Source of the DNA: Chrysomallon squamiferum
Lineage: Eukaryota; Animalia; Mollusca
Assembly (NCBI GenBank): GCA_012295275.1
Contig: CM022679.1
Location: 30,690,001-30,754,000 of the forward strand
Length of the DNA: 64,000 bases
Direction: 5' to 3'
Shown: piece after piece, positions 31,664-45,382 of the stretch
Layout of the letters: every line of letters starts with the position of its first letter
Position numbering within the stretch: position 1 is the first letter of the stretch
The notes under the pieces: model-generated
What the model was told of the DNA's origin: nothing
Database searches by the model: none
Seen by the model: only the letters and a program-made list of their open reading frames with translations
Translations under genes and position numbers: made by a program

Positions 31664-32324
31664 TATATTTTACTTTATTTATTTATTTATTTTCATTTTT
31701 TTTTAATTTATTGTTATGGTTATTATTGCTTTTATTATTGTCATCATTATTATTACTATTATCGTTATTTTCATCAACACTAACATCATTAGTTTTGTTT
31801 TATAGTTACTATTACTCCTACTACTACTATTACTATTATTATTATTACTATTACTACTACAAGATATTAATACTACGGATACTACTACTACCGTTACTAC
31901 TTATTCTATTGCTGCTACTACTACTTCTACTACCACCAGTACTATTATTACTACTACTATTATAACTTCTGCTGCTGTCATTACTTCTACTACTAGTAGG
32001 AGTTTTTGTATTATGAATAAATCAGCAACAGTAGTAACAATAGTTACTTTAGTATTATTATTGTATTATTATTATTATAGTGTTCACTGTCATCGTTACC
32101 ATAGCTCAAACGTAAAATATGGCGCTTACGGCACTCCATACAAAAAGACTTCAGTTTTAATAAAGACAATTTGCCTCACAGTGTGACAGGGCAGACAACC
32201 GATAAAGGAATATTGATTGATGACGTAAGAGAAACAATTCCGATGTGAATGAGAAATATGAATAGAGTTTCTATATCAGATATATTATAAACCAGTTTTA
32301 AGTTTTTCATTCATTCAGTTGTAA

Positions 32325-32361
<37 letters not shown>

Positions 32362-33065
32362 CTTTTTTTGGTTTGAATTCCTTCTTATTATTTAAATATT
32401 TTACCTTCAGTTTTTATTTATTTATTTATTTATTTATTTATTTTTGTTGTTGTTATCTTTTTTCATCGTTGTTTTCATATTTATTTCAGTAATCAGTTAA
32501 AATTTCTTTCCTACCCAGATTCCAGTAAATTTTTTTTTATTATAAGAATTAAATACTACTGCTACTACTACTAATTCTAGTAGTAAATATTATTTTTTTT
32601 TTTTTCTTAATTTAATTTTTTGTTTGTGTGTTTGTCTGTCTGTTTCTTTCTTTATTTGTTTGTTTAGGTATTTATCTATTTATTTATTAATATTATTATT
32701 TCATTATTTATTTATTTAATACTACTACTACCACTATATTATTATTATTATTATCATCATTATCATTACCATCGTAATCGTACTCATTATTATTATTACT
32801 AATTAGAATAATAAAAGTATAATATTGTATATGTTTATAATTTTAAAATATTTAAGAGATAAATGCCTCAATTTTGACATTTTTATCTTTTTAATTATAT
32901 TTTTCCCACGAGTGTCAAAACAAAAAAAAAAAACAAGAAGAAGAAGAAAAAATCAGTTCTCGTCCCAAAATTGTCATTGGACATGCTTACCTCAGTAGAA
33001 TTGATTTCTTTACAAAGACCGATTTTAATAAAATGATTTTTTTTTTTTTATTTATATAAACCTAG

Positions 33066-33114
<49 letters not shown>

Positions 33115-33163
33115 GTAAGATTACTCCTGAAAGCAGAAAATGAAACCTTATTTGAAAAACGTC

Positions 33164-33194
<31 letters not shown>

Positions 33195-33636
33195 AAAAAA
33201 AAATCGATGATTCTCTTTTTCGGCGGACATGTATAAAATGAGCTTTGTGGTTATTTTCTTGAGCTTTGATTGATGTTGCCCCTGCCACGGGTCAAGTGGA
33301 AAATTTGATTTGCGAAATCATCTTCCGTGAAAACCGCCGCGGCATCATGTCAGAAATTCAAAAGTTCATTTCTGAGCCAAACCGCGAGCGGAAGACTGAG
33401 AAAGTTAGAGGAAATGACGTAGCAGGCTATTATTCGCGGCCAAGGTGATTGACGGTTACGAGAGTAACCTTTGACCTTTTTCGACTCATTATAAGGCCGA
33501 TATTTTGCTGCGTGGCAATTAAGAAAAATATTCTAATGTTGATCTGAAAGGCTGGATTATCGCCAAGTTTGTTTTTAACTAAAAAGCATGTTTGTGACCT
33601 CTGACCTGGTTATTGACAGTCCCATTATTTTTTCTT

Positions 33637-33695
<59 letters not shown>

Positions 33696-34405
33696 TTTTA
33701 TTTTCAGACACACACACAGACTCACGAACACAACACACACAGACGAACCTAATACGTCAAAAAAACAAGATGTCCGTATTTGTGCTATTGATATTAGTGT
33801 TTTATTACAGCTGAACAAATACTTCCTTGCACACTTTTATTTGAATACACCATTAAGCTTTACACAAGATTTTCAATTAAAGCAGCAGTTTACGAGCTTT
33901 CCGTCATATCACATTAGATGCAGAAATATAAATATATACATTCTAAAAAAAAATAAAAATAAAAAAAAAAAAAAAAAAAAAAAATAAAAAAAATAAAAAT
34001 CATTTGCCGTTAATTTTCTCGTTCCGTCTTTTGTAATATCCGCAATCATGCCATCACACTCAAAATGACTTCGGGTTGCTTGTAGAAGGTTCGTGAAAGA
34101 ATGAAAACTGATTACCTTATTGATCTTTCAACATGCATGAGGTTTTCTTATACATAAACTCCGCTGCCGAATTCCACTCTCGTTTGCCCCGTGACTTGAG
34201 ACTGCGCTGGAGAAAGACGGAATAAACCGAAGCCAAGTTGAGTCACGTCCGTTTTACGAGTTACGTCATTTGAAAGGATTTAGTGCAGGGATTTGGGCTA
34301 CGATTTCCTTTTTCTTCCGATCACGGCGATTTAAAAAAAAAATTAAAAACATTTTGTAAAAAAAGTTCCCACGGTCTGAATTGATTTTAGCAAAGATCCT
34401 GTAAA

Positions 34406-34437
<32 letters not shown>

Positions 34438-35939
34438 AGATCATTTCAAATATTTTTGTAACTATTAGGAAAATTTATTTATTTCTTTTATATACCTTTT
34501 GTCGTAACTTGTACAGAAGAGGAAATATACTCTTTTTTTTTTTCACATCTTATTTATTATTTTATTTTTCTTCCCTCTATTAGACATCTGACATACTATT
34601 ATTATCTACAGAAGGAAAAGAAAAGGGAAAGAAAATTGATAATAAAATATGGCTTATCAACGCTCATTCAAAAGAAATTAATACTTTAAAAAAAACTTTA
34701 TTCAAATGAAAAAATTAAACATTTATATACATATAAACGTTTGTACATCCATTCTTTTGTTTTATTCTAACATCCACCCTTCTACCCATTCTTCAGTCGA
34801 TTCTGACACTGCATTCAAGTTTCCATCCATACTTCCATACATCCATTCATCACTGGCATATTTTCATCTACCCATACACACGGCATATTTATAACAAGTC
34901 ATAAAAATAACTGTGGTAAGACTTCGCCAAGCATTACACAGCATCATTCCATCATCCTTTAATCTCCCATTCACAACCCACTATCTACAATAACCCTATT
35001 AAAACTCTCTCATTATTCCATCCTTCCATCAGTGATCCTTCTCTCGCAACATGCTCGCTAAATCTCTGAATTTCTAAACTGACTTTGCATCAGCGACGTG
35101 GCTGACACAAGCCAGGTCCCGACCCGAGAGACTCCTGCACATTAACCACGACAACGTCCCGGGATGTTCTTTGTCCGATTCTCAAGTCCCTAATTCACAA
35201 ACCAGTGTTCGCGTCCCCGGGTCTTTCGAGATGCCGCGCGTGCTTTTTAACGACGAGACGAGCGGGAATATGCCCGATGACTGACACCAGGGTTTACACG
35301 TGCCATAACCGCGCTTTAATAACTATCTGTACATTCTCCCGAAAACTTAATCAAAGTCAGTTTTGTAATTTTCGGATTTATCGGTGTTCTGCCCGCGTAA
35401 TCAACACGAACCAGATCGATCCGCGGTCGTTGATCGACAGCAGTGCTGTAGTCCATAAGCGTAATATTGCAAGCGTCCCCGGTTTATGTTAACGTCCAGC
35501 TTTTTATCTCATAAATTGAACGGTATTTTATGGCCGTCATAAAACAGAAAAAAAAAAGGTCTTGTTACTCAAAATGAACATCGAATTGTTAAGAAGTGTT
35601 TTTTATCAGGGCTGATAATTAAGACCGATTTTTATTCTATTTTTTTCCCCTCCTTGTCACCAACAATCTCATACGGTTAGAGAAAGAACTTTCATCAAGG
35701 GCCTGTTCGATTTAAGAACGTAACCAGCTTGCCGTTTTTTTTTTTTTTAATTAACCTTCAACCTCTGGCATTTTCTTTCCACCTCTCTCTTTACATTTTC
35801 TCATCTCCGATACCTTAAAATAGAATCGATGCTTTATAAAAGGCTCAGGACAATACCGTTTATGTGGACTCTTATCTGAAAATGCTTTAAAACGTTACAC
35901 TGGCAGCTAGAATATTATTTCTAAAGAAACGAACTGGGG

Positions 35940-36017
35940 ATGGATATGAGTTGTCTTGTCAGACTTCTGGATCTGTCGGAGTTTTGGTTGCTGTTGCGAC
36001 CTCTGTTTCAGAAGGAA
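35940..36017 (+). CDS. Candidate alternative first coding exon 1b (MDMSCLVRLLDLSEFWLLLRPLFQKE)
   Basis: ATG at 35940 with G at -3 and +4, in-frame TAA at 35922, 26 open codons, donor GAA|GTAAGT in phase 0. TATAAAA at ~35836 and a CpG-rich block at 35040-35500 lie upstream. Confidence 0.5.
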
Positions 36018-37209
36018 GTAAGTTCGTATAGCTTCTAGTGTCGTACGATTTCTACTGAGATACTACGCTCGAATGATGACACAGTTGATAACAGGAGCAC
36101 ACAAATAAATACCGCATCAGTTAGCTGTCGACTGACACCAGTCAAAGATTAAGGGAGGTAATTTTGTATTATTTCAGTCAGCCGATATAAAAGAGTAAAT
36201 AATATTATTGAAAATTTTTCACCATTATCGGTAAAATTGGATTGCATTTAAGATAGAAGGTAAGGTCACAAATTCTAGATAATAAATAGTGACCGAGCGA
36301 AAGGTTAATAAGATGATGACATGATTTGGAAGCCACTGTTTGTTGTTGTTATTAATGATACTTTTAGTATTACGATCACTGCAATCATCATCATGACAAT
36401 GATGAACATCATCATAATCATCTTAAGTAATATTATTACTATTACTTTTTTTTCTGATTTCGAAAAATATCGACCTTTCACAATTCCATAAATTTCATAT
36501 AATTTGAAACAGAAAACTATTTTTGACAAAGAAAACAAAATAAAATAGCAAATAAATGAAGAGACTAAAATGTCATTTCTCCTAACAGTGGCGAAAACAA
36601 ACTTCACCAAGTCTGTATGAAGAAATCAAACAAGCGATTTATTTTTCTTCGTTTTGAAACTGAAAAGAAAAAAACCGAAAAACTTTAAAACTATTAACCA
36701 TAACATGGAAAACAAACCGAACACGGTGTATATTTTTTTGTATCTATGATTGATGCGGAGTTCAAAACAATACTAATTAATATTCCCCATTAGTGGATAG
36801 AACTTTTAATGGATATGAGGTTATAACCCGAATTCTCATTTCCTTGTGGATTTAAGTTTTAGTTTTAATTTTTTTTTTCTCTTCTGGAAGTCCAGTCATA
36901 TTACGTTGGGAGTTTTATTTCCCCGAGAGAAAACAAAAATCATTTAAAAAATTATTAACTATATTTCTACATGGTAAAGATATTAAGTTGCATGCCCTAG
37001 AGATACGGTGTTAGCAATATATTTATAAAACTGAATTGAAACGACAGTGTTTTAAACACTTTATTTTATTATTATTACTTTTATTTATTTATTTATTTAT
37101 TTTTTTTTTTTTTCTGGTATTAAATCATGCGACTGAAAATAACAAAATAACATTAGTTAAGAAAATAAAAATATTGACTTATCACTGTTTAAAATCACCA
37201 CTTTGTAAA

Positions 37210-37257
37210 TCATCATCATCATCGTCATTATTTATTATTATTATTAATATTATTATT

Positions 37258-37316
<59 letters not shown>

Positions 37317-37330
37317 CATCATCATCATCA

Positions 37331-37385
<55 letters not shown>
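37210..37385. repeat. (ATT)/(ATC) trinucleotide satellite upstream of exon 2
   Basis: Directly visible. Similar runs at ~1500-1600, 17278-17405, 19900-19995, 40225-40390 and 41715-41790. Confidence 0.95.
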
Positions 37386-37543
37386 AATTGTCTTTTGTCT
37401 TATATAAATCTTATACCTGGAGGCAAGTATTCAGACACACATCCACACAAAGAAATAGAGATATTAACAATAACTGGTAAAAGAAAACATATATATCTAT
37501 ATACTACATTACAAACACTACGTTACTCTTCTTTCCCCCGCAG

Positions 37544-38197
37544 CTCTCAGATGAAGAGCGGGTGTTCCTCAACGCAGCGTACCTCGGCGACGTCGGAATC
37601 GTGCGCCAGTCTCTCGAAGACAGCCACGAGTCGAACCTCAACGTCAACTGCGTCGACTACATGGGCCGCAGCGCGCTGCACCTCGCCATCGACAGCGAGA
37701 AGCTGGACGTCATCGAAATCCTGCTCGACAACCTCTCCTTCAACTGCATCGAGGAGGCGCTGCTTCACGCCATCAGCAAAGGCGGCGTCAAGATGGTGAA
37801 GCTCATCACCGAGCACCCGAACTTCATGGCTGGCGAGGACAAGCTGAGGCGCATGGGCGGCGGGGAGGCGTTTTTCCGGAACGAGGAGAAGAGCCAGTTC
37901 TCCCCGGACATCACGCCCCTCATCCTGGCGGCTCAGTACAACAACCACGAGATCATCCAGCTCTTCCTGTCGCGCAACCACACCATCGACAAGCCGCACC
38001 CGATCTCGTGCAAGTGCAGCGACTGCGTGTCCAAGCAGAACTACGACTCGCTGAAGAGGTCGAGGTCGAGGCTGAACGCTTACCGGGCGCTGGCGAGTCC
38101 CGCGTACATGGCCCTGTCGAGTCCAGATCCCATAATGACGACGTTCGAGCTGCGGCAAGAAATGAAGAAGCTGGCGCAAGTGGAGAAAGAATTTAAG
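37544..38197 (+). CDS. TRPC: TRPC exon 2: ankyrin repeats, Zn-binding motif, linker helices
   Basis: Acceptor ctttcccccgcag|, donor AAG|GTAAGA; 218 codons: LSDEERVFLNAAYLGD...NVNCVDYMGRSALHLA...DITPLILAAQ...PHPISCKCSDC...SRSRLNAYRALASPAY...EKEFK. Confidence 0.97.
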
Positions 38198-38818
38198 GTA
38201 AGAGTTTTTAAAAATTTATTTTTTTTTTTTCCTTTGTGAGTATAAAACGAAAATGTTCTGTGTGTATGCGTGATGCAGCTTTACCTCATCATCACCAGGT
38301 TTTGAACAAGTATCAGTGCTTCTCAGTTCTAACAGTGTTTCCCTTTCTCGATTCTGTCTCCCTATTGGTATAGTACTGTAATGTCTTTTTAAACCAACCT
38401 TGTTGCTTGCAATCCCTTTGGAGAAACGAGAAGAGATATATCACAGTGTAAAAACATTTAGCTTAATATAAAAATCACAAGTTTAAGACGAGAAAAACGT
38501 TAATATTGACTCGCATTGACTTGTTCATATGCATTTGTTTATGACTACATTCAACCTGTTGTAAAGTATTGCTTATCTTTTTATCATATTGTCTACTCAT
38601 GTTGAACTCCTTGTCAAATTGTTTCATATTTTCTTTACTAATCGTGTATCACGCTAAAATCTGTCGTTTCAGTCTCTGCAACAATCTTTTATTAACGTCC
38701 CTAAAATATTATGCAGTATAATTGTCAGTTCTACTAATATCATCCAGCACTTTATCTTGATATGTCTGTCTTTCTCTTTCCTTTTATCTGTCTGTGTGTA
38801 TATAATTATCCAAAACTA

Positions 38819-38914
<96 letters not shown>

Positions 38915-40222
38915 ATGTGTCCTCGACATAACAATCAATGTCAGTCATATCAGCATCCTCACACTTCATTACCATAAACACTTACAAGACAGACGCTCAG
39001 CTTACTCAGTTATTATCTGATATTTGTTGCTAAGAAAATTATTAGCTTCGGATGTTTACAAGCCTTTGAATAATCTCTGCTACGCGTCGTGGTCCACTCA
39101 TGACGTCATAGTTGTGTTACTTCCAATTCCAGTCAATGAATAGTGAATAGAGGCCTTGCAATGTTTTATAGTGTTTGAGGAAAGGTGCACACTAAAAATA
39201 TTTTGCCGCTAATCGATAACAGTAGCCCTCTGATATAAACTGTTTGTTAGTTCCCATAAATATAGACCTCTGCCTCATAAAGCAAACATAGGCAGCACCA
39301 ATACACGTTTGATAATTAAATATTCATAACAAAATTCCAGGTCTCATTAAATATATATTTATTGGTTCATCTATGTACAGATTTTGTCAAAACAGAACAA
39401 TTTTATTTTAGAAGTTGTTACCTGCTGTACTGATGTCTTAGGAAACAGCATTTTGATAAAGTAACCCAAACGCATTGAAGCTAGTGTGAAAACATGAAAT
39501 TGAAAGTAATTTTTTAGTGATTTATTGCCTTCATCCTTGCCCTTATAAATTCTAGAATTTAAAACACAGAATGACATTTACAAATCTACGCACTTTTAAA
39601 TTGTAAGAAATAAAATATCGAGTGACATTTATAAATTAAATCTAGACATGACGATTGATTTCAATCAGTGACATAAACGGAATTAAAAAAAAAAAAAAAA
39701 AAAAAGTAAAAAAATGAAATAAATTTTAAAAAGTAAAATAAAATATATAATAAACAAATAAGAAGAGGAAAAGAAGGGAAAAAAATTAAGACGTACGTGA
39801 TATTGCTAACCTGACGAAGACAACGCTAAATGGAAATATAATAACCAGATTTAGATAAATAACTGAATTATCTCTGTAACAACGTTAGAGATCGCTTTAC
39901 TTGTAATCAATAAAGTTGACATACTGTGTCTTAATCAAGTTAATTATTATTTATGTTTTATTTTATTTTATTTTTTTTTTTTTTTTTTATTTTTTTTTTT
40001 TTTTTTTTTTTTTATTATTATTATTGTTAATAAAAATACAGTTTTGAGGAACAGTAGTTTATATATCCATTGCTGATTCAAACAACTTCATCTGTGGTAA
40101 ATGCAGTTGATCGTTGGGCTCTGGTCTAACCACTGAATTTCAGAATTGACAAAAAATTTAATGTTAATACGTATATGGAAAGAGAGAGACATACAGATAG
40201 ACAGAAAGTGTGACGTGCATCC

Positions 40223-40264
<42 letters not shown>

Positions 40265-41713
40265 TAATAATGATGATCATCATGATGATGATAACGACAA
40301 TAACAACAATAATGATGACGACGATGATGATGATGATGATGATAATGACGACAACAACAACAGTAATAATAATAACAATAATAATAGTAATAACAAAACT
40401 CCATTAGCGCCAATAATTTTCATTTCTCATCTTCAAAACACAAAAATTAAATGAAAACAGCAACTTCTTCAAATGCCAGTGTAGTTCTCAGAAACTTCTC
40501 AACTGCAATGAAAATATGAATCAATCGTTTATCTGAACATAGCTGTCAGTATAAGAAGAAACAAACGACCAATCAGCAAAACAACTGTAATATAAACCAT
40601 AATTAATCTGATTCCATCAGAAGATATAAATAAATTCAATGAATCTTCTTTAAACAAGAAGAAAAAAAAAAAAATCATAGCCATTCTCCATAACCATCTA
40701 AATCACATTAATGACGTTTCCGTGTTGCTAAGCTGACTTTTGCCCGAAAGTAACTGCTTCGGTTCTGGTAAAGCGAGTAGACCGTTGTCGAAACAAACGT
40801 TCCGCTAATAGACTGATCCCCGCGGAGGCATTAACTGTTTGTAAATTAGCAGCGTAGTTTTAGTTCCTTTTCATTTGAAACGCGTGGAAGAAGTGACAGG
40901 AGATGGGTTCGCAGAGTTGAAGGAAAAACCCTGGAGTGATCGTTCAGCAGAGAAAAACATGTTAGTTTAACATAAAGAATTGCAGTTCTGTGTTTGCTGC
41001 ATATCTAGATTTAGTACTGAAGGAAATGTTAATTTAACACGCAGTTTTAATAACACCTTTACACACAGACAAACACACACACAAACACACACTAGTACAT
41101 ACAGTAACATACACTAGTACATATAATAACACACATGGACATTCAAGCGCATACGCTGGTGCACTTTGTATACAAATATTGATGTTTATTATATATGTTG
41201 TTATTTTCTTTCTAATTTTCTAAAATTTAAAATTTTATTCATTATGTTTTATTACATTTGTTGTTTATTTTATTCTTGTTTATATTCTTCTTTAATTTTT
41301 TTTTATTACTTTTTTTTTTTTTTTTTATTTTTCGTGTGTTTATGGGAAGTATTTTTCTTCCCCTTCAGTGATATGATGAGAAAACACACTGACACCCATA
41401 CACGGTGTATCCTTCCCGCATGATTAAAAATAAATATTAACTTAAGCTTAAAATTAGGTTCATCCCGTCATTCGTTAAACAGAGAGATCTTGTACTGCAG
41501 TATCATCACATAACCTTCCAGACAAAAGACTTGCAACGTTTCATTCGTCACCGAATTCGCCTATCACTGCACTAACCACATAGCGTGGGTATTTTCAATA
41601 CAGTCGTAGATGTTGCTTTTAATTAATATTCTCGTTGAATCTCAGCCTTCACAGGCAGTAAATGGACTGAATGTTCAAGGCGATAACAAGACCAAAACAC
41701 TCTGAACTTCCAA

Positions 41714-41790
<77 letters not shown>

Positions 41791-42499
41791 CATGATAAAA
41801 AAAATAAAAAAAAAAAAGATAATAAAAAAGATAAATTAGTTCGATAATCAGGGATTTTACGACTGTAAAAGCAACTGTTTGAAGAGCTGTGTAGCCGAAA
41901 TGAAAAATCTTTCAGCTCTGTTTTCTTATTTATTATTCATCGTTTCGCGAGCACAGAAGCAGAAAATATTTTCATTGCCCTAACACAGTGGTATCCATGG
42001 TGACCGATATAGCCTTCCTCTGTGAATGCTGAAAGGATGGAAATTGCACTGAAAATATGCGTCTTGTGATTTAATAATTTAACACGTCTGTATGTGTTTA
42101 TATATGTACATGTCAATGTATATATGTATGCATGTGTGTGTATGTATGTATGTATGTTTGTATGTATGTATGTGTGTATGTATGTACCTATGTATGTATG
42201 TATGTATGTGTGTATGTGTGTATGTATGTACCTATGTATGTATATGTGTATATGTGACTAGGTATGTGTGTGTTTCAAATTATATGAAATATTTCTCCTG
42301 TCATGGCTGTAACATTTATTACTAAAAATAATTGCTTGTCACAATGTGTTACAACTTAGTTTAAAATGAAATGCAGCTGTTGATCAAGAAAACGCGGAAA
42401 AAAAAAAAAAAAATAAAAATAAAAAATAAAAAATAAAAAAATAAATTAACAATTACAAGTTACAAAGTGTTTGCAATTATCAAGCCCTGTTACTAAAGT

Positions 42500-42830
42500 C
42501 TGGTCCGGAAAAGCGTGCCAGTTCAACTTCCGGTACAAAACGGTAACGTTTTTTTTTCTCGAAATGTACGGTTATTGCAAGATCCGTATCACCGAGATCT
42601 CGTAAAACTGCCATTAATCCCGCGTGATTTGGTCACAAAACAGATACATTACGGTATCACGTGACAGCGCGTGCACACACAAACCCACAGAATCATCTCT
42701 AGATGTTGTTTATGGCTCAAACTAATGGCGGATATCTTTCAGCGGCGGTGTGAAACGTCCTTTGATTGGCTGACGTCAAATGTCACCTGGGTGTTTATTG
42801 GCTGAGCCGCTGTGCCGTGTACTAATGGAG
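42500..42830. promoter_or_regulatory. Intronic promoter/enhancer-like motif cluster
   Basis: ETS-like CCGGAA (42505) and ACTTCCGG (42526), TAATCC (42615), TCACGTGA (42657), ATTGGCTGA twice (42765, 42797), TGACGTCA (42771). Confidence 0.45.
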
Positions 42831-44866
42831 CGAGACGTTTTGCATGATGTAGGGAATAATACATCTCTTAGCTACGTTTCCGTCAGCAGTTTGTTTTTCT
42901 TTATGCGACTGTTAATGTTACTAAATACGTAAATGGAACGAAAATATTTTTCCCTTTATAAACAAACGCGTTAAACATTAGATAAATAACTATTATAATA
43001 AAGTGCTGTAAAATAACGTAAGTAAGTGTTCGCTCTTCATACCATTATTATTGATTATATTTATTTATTTATTTTTAGACATAGATAGTATATATAGATG
43101 AAGAGAAATATAGATAGAAAGATAGAGATAGAGACAGAAAGAACGACTGGATCATATATATTCGTATACATAAAGTTGAACTCCTTTTTTTTTCTTTCTT
43201 TCTTTCTTTTCTTTATTATTTATGTATGTATGTATGTTTATTATTTTTATTTATTTATTTATTTATTTATTATTTTATTTATTTATTTATTATTATTTTA
43301 TTTATTTATTTATTTTTTTTATTATTATTATTATTATTTTTTTTTTTTTTTTTTTTTCTTCTTCTAAAATACACAAACACTAGACATGTCTCCTACACAC
43401 AATACAACGAAATCGTTCAACATTAGTCTGGCTTGATACGCGGAAAAAACGAATAACATTACAGCAGTCATAAATAAAGGGAGAATATCAATAACAACAG
43501 AGGTCAGTGGAAGGCGGCGAACCCACAAGTCTGCGAGGACGCAGTAAAACAGACTGGCCGGAGACTTTGTCAGAGTCTGATTGACGCAAAACTAAATGAA
43601 TTACCTAAGAAGTCAGATTCGTTCAGTAATTGTGCAACCACTTCGACGGAACGGAAGTTAGTTCCGTTGACGAGTTCGTTCTTCGCGGAATTAGCTTCAT
43701 TGATCACGAGAGAACGGTTTACAGTGTGTCGTAATCCTCCCCTTTGTCGTAAAGTGGTCTTGTAGTCCTGTTTGAGAAGTCAGTTATTTTTACGACATTC
43801 GAGGAAGGAGGTTTTGAAAAACTATGATGTAGGTCGAAATGAGAGAGGGAAATGAGCAGACGAGAGACGTTATAATTTACGACTGTTTAAGTATTGTACC
43901 AACGGATTTGCATGAAGAAAAACTAATATATAATTTTTGTATTGTTTGCAATGAGAGGGATAGATGCCAAACACATATACGTACACACACATCGTGCACA
44001 AATACACAGAGAGATATGTGCGTGAAGGGGGTACATATACATATACATAAGAAATACTAACACACACACACACGCACGCACAGACATACGGTTGACATCA
44101 GCCTACAAAGTGCTGGTGAACGGTGCCTAACGTTCGAGTCTTGTCAGCGGAACTGATATTTGTGATGTCATTACTGGACTTAGTCTTCTTGTCCAGTGTG
44201 TTAACAAATACAGTCTATATACAGAGTCTAAACAGACAAACTTAAGACAACAGAATATTCAGTCATAAATACAGACACTGGTATATTCTGAGACACCCGT
44301 GTAAACACACCAACTAATGCAATCACTTCTATGTCACAGTGTCTGTAAGTACCTCCTGCACTATGTTCTGTAAGTGCTGAGTATACATGGCTGATACAAA
44401 CGTATATTATTTCTCTGAGTAAATTTAAGAGGGTGTTTATTTTATTTGGCTTCAGAGTAGCTTGAACTGTCAGCTTAATGAATTTTGTTCTTCATTCTCG
44501 ATAATTTACCATGATTTGTATATCAGAAATGTATTATGTATTTATCTGACTTCGTAAAATACAGTTTGTGTTAATCTTTTAAACCAACATATCGGACTGA
44601 CGTCTGTGTATTTGCCTCACTTTATCACTAAAGAAATAACATTTCTAATAAACTAATACGCATATAGTAACAGTTAATAATGAAATCTGAAGATTAGCTG
44701 GTAAATAAATATTAGTTCTTTTATTTTAGTTTATAATGAATGTTGAGTGTGTCTGAACGGTTTTTAAGTTTTTAATTGTTTATTTTCTTTCTAATTCTAG
44801 TTGTTTCGTGTCTTCGGTGTGAGCTTTTTGTGTTTGTTTCGTTTTTAATTTATTTCATTCATTCAT

Positions 44867-44909
<43 letters not shown>

Positions 44910-44938
44910 TTGATTTTTTTAGTTTTTTTTGTTTCTGA

Positions 44939-44970
<32 letters not shown>

Positions 44971-45107
44971 CATCATCATCATCATCATCAATTTTCACCA
45001 TTTTGAAAACAAACCATGTTCATATATATATGTTCAAAAATACATTTAAAAAAATCGTCCTTCGTTCATTTTTTTTTTTTTTTTGGCATCAACACGTTCA
45101 GAGAGGA

Positions 45108-45214
45108 CACTAAACACTGTGATTTGTTTCACACTAACACTGTGGTTTCACACTAAACACTGTGGTTTCACACTAAACACTGTGGTTTCACACTAAAACT
45201 GTGGTTTGTTTCAG
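45108..45214. repeat. 20-bp tandem repeat (cactaaacactgtggtttca), about 5 copies, forming the exon 3 acceptor region
   Basis: Directly visible; the last unit ends in tttcag. Confidence 0.92.
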
Positions 45215-45382
45215 AACGAGTACCTGGGGCTGGTGGACCTGTGTATGAACTTCGCCAATGAACTGATGGACTTGTGTCGCGGCACACAGGAAGTGGAGGC
45301 GGTGCTCAGCGAGAGTGGCGACGCCACGCGGCGAGACCCGCTGGCTCGACTCAAACAGGCCATCAGATACGACGAGAAAAAG
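45215..45382 (+). CDS. TRPC: TRPC exon 3 (NEYLGL...LARLKQAIRYDEKK)
   Basis: tttgtttcag| ... AAG|GTAGCC, 56 codons, phase 0-0; matches the TRPC linker domain. Confidence 0.95.

Noticed and set aside
37547-38179. 210-aa antisense ORF (also 51135-51593 and 45188-45397)
   Set aside because: Shadow frames of GC3-rich TRPC exons; they coincide with exon limits.
44095-44170. Possible tRNA gene (gttcgagtc)
   Set aside because: Only a B-box-like string; no cloverleaf or acceptor stem could be built.
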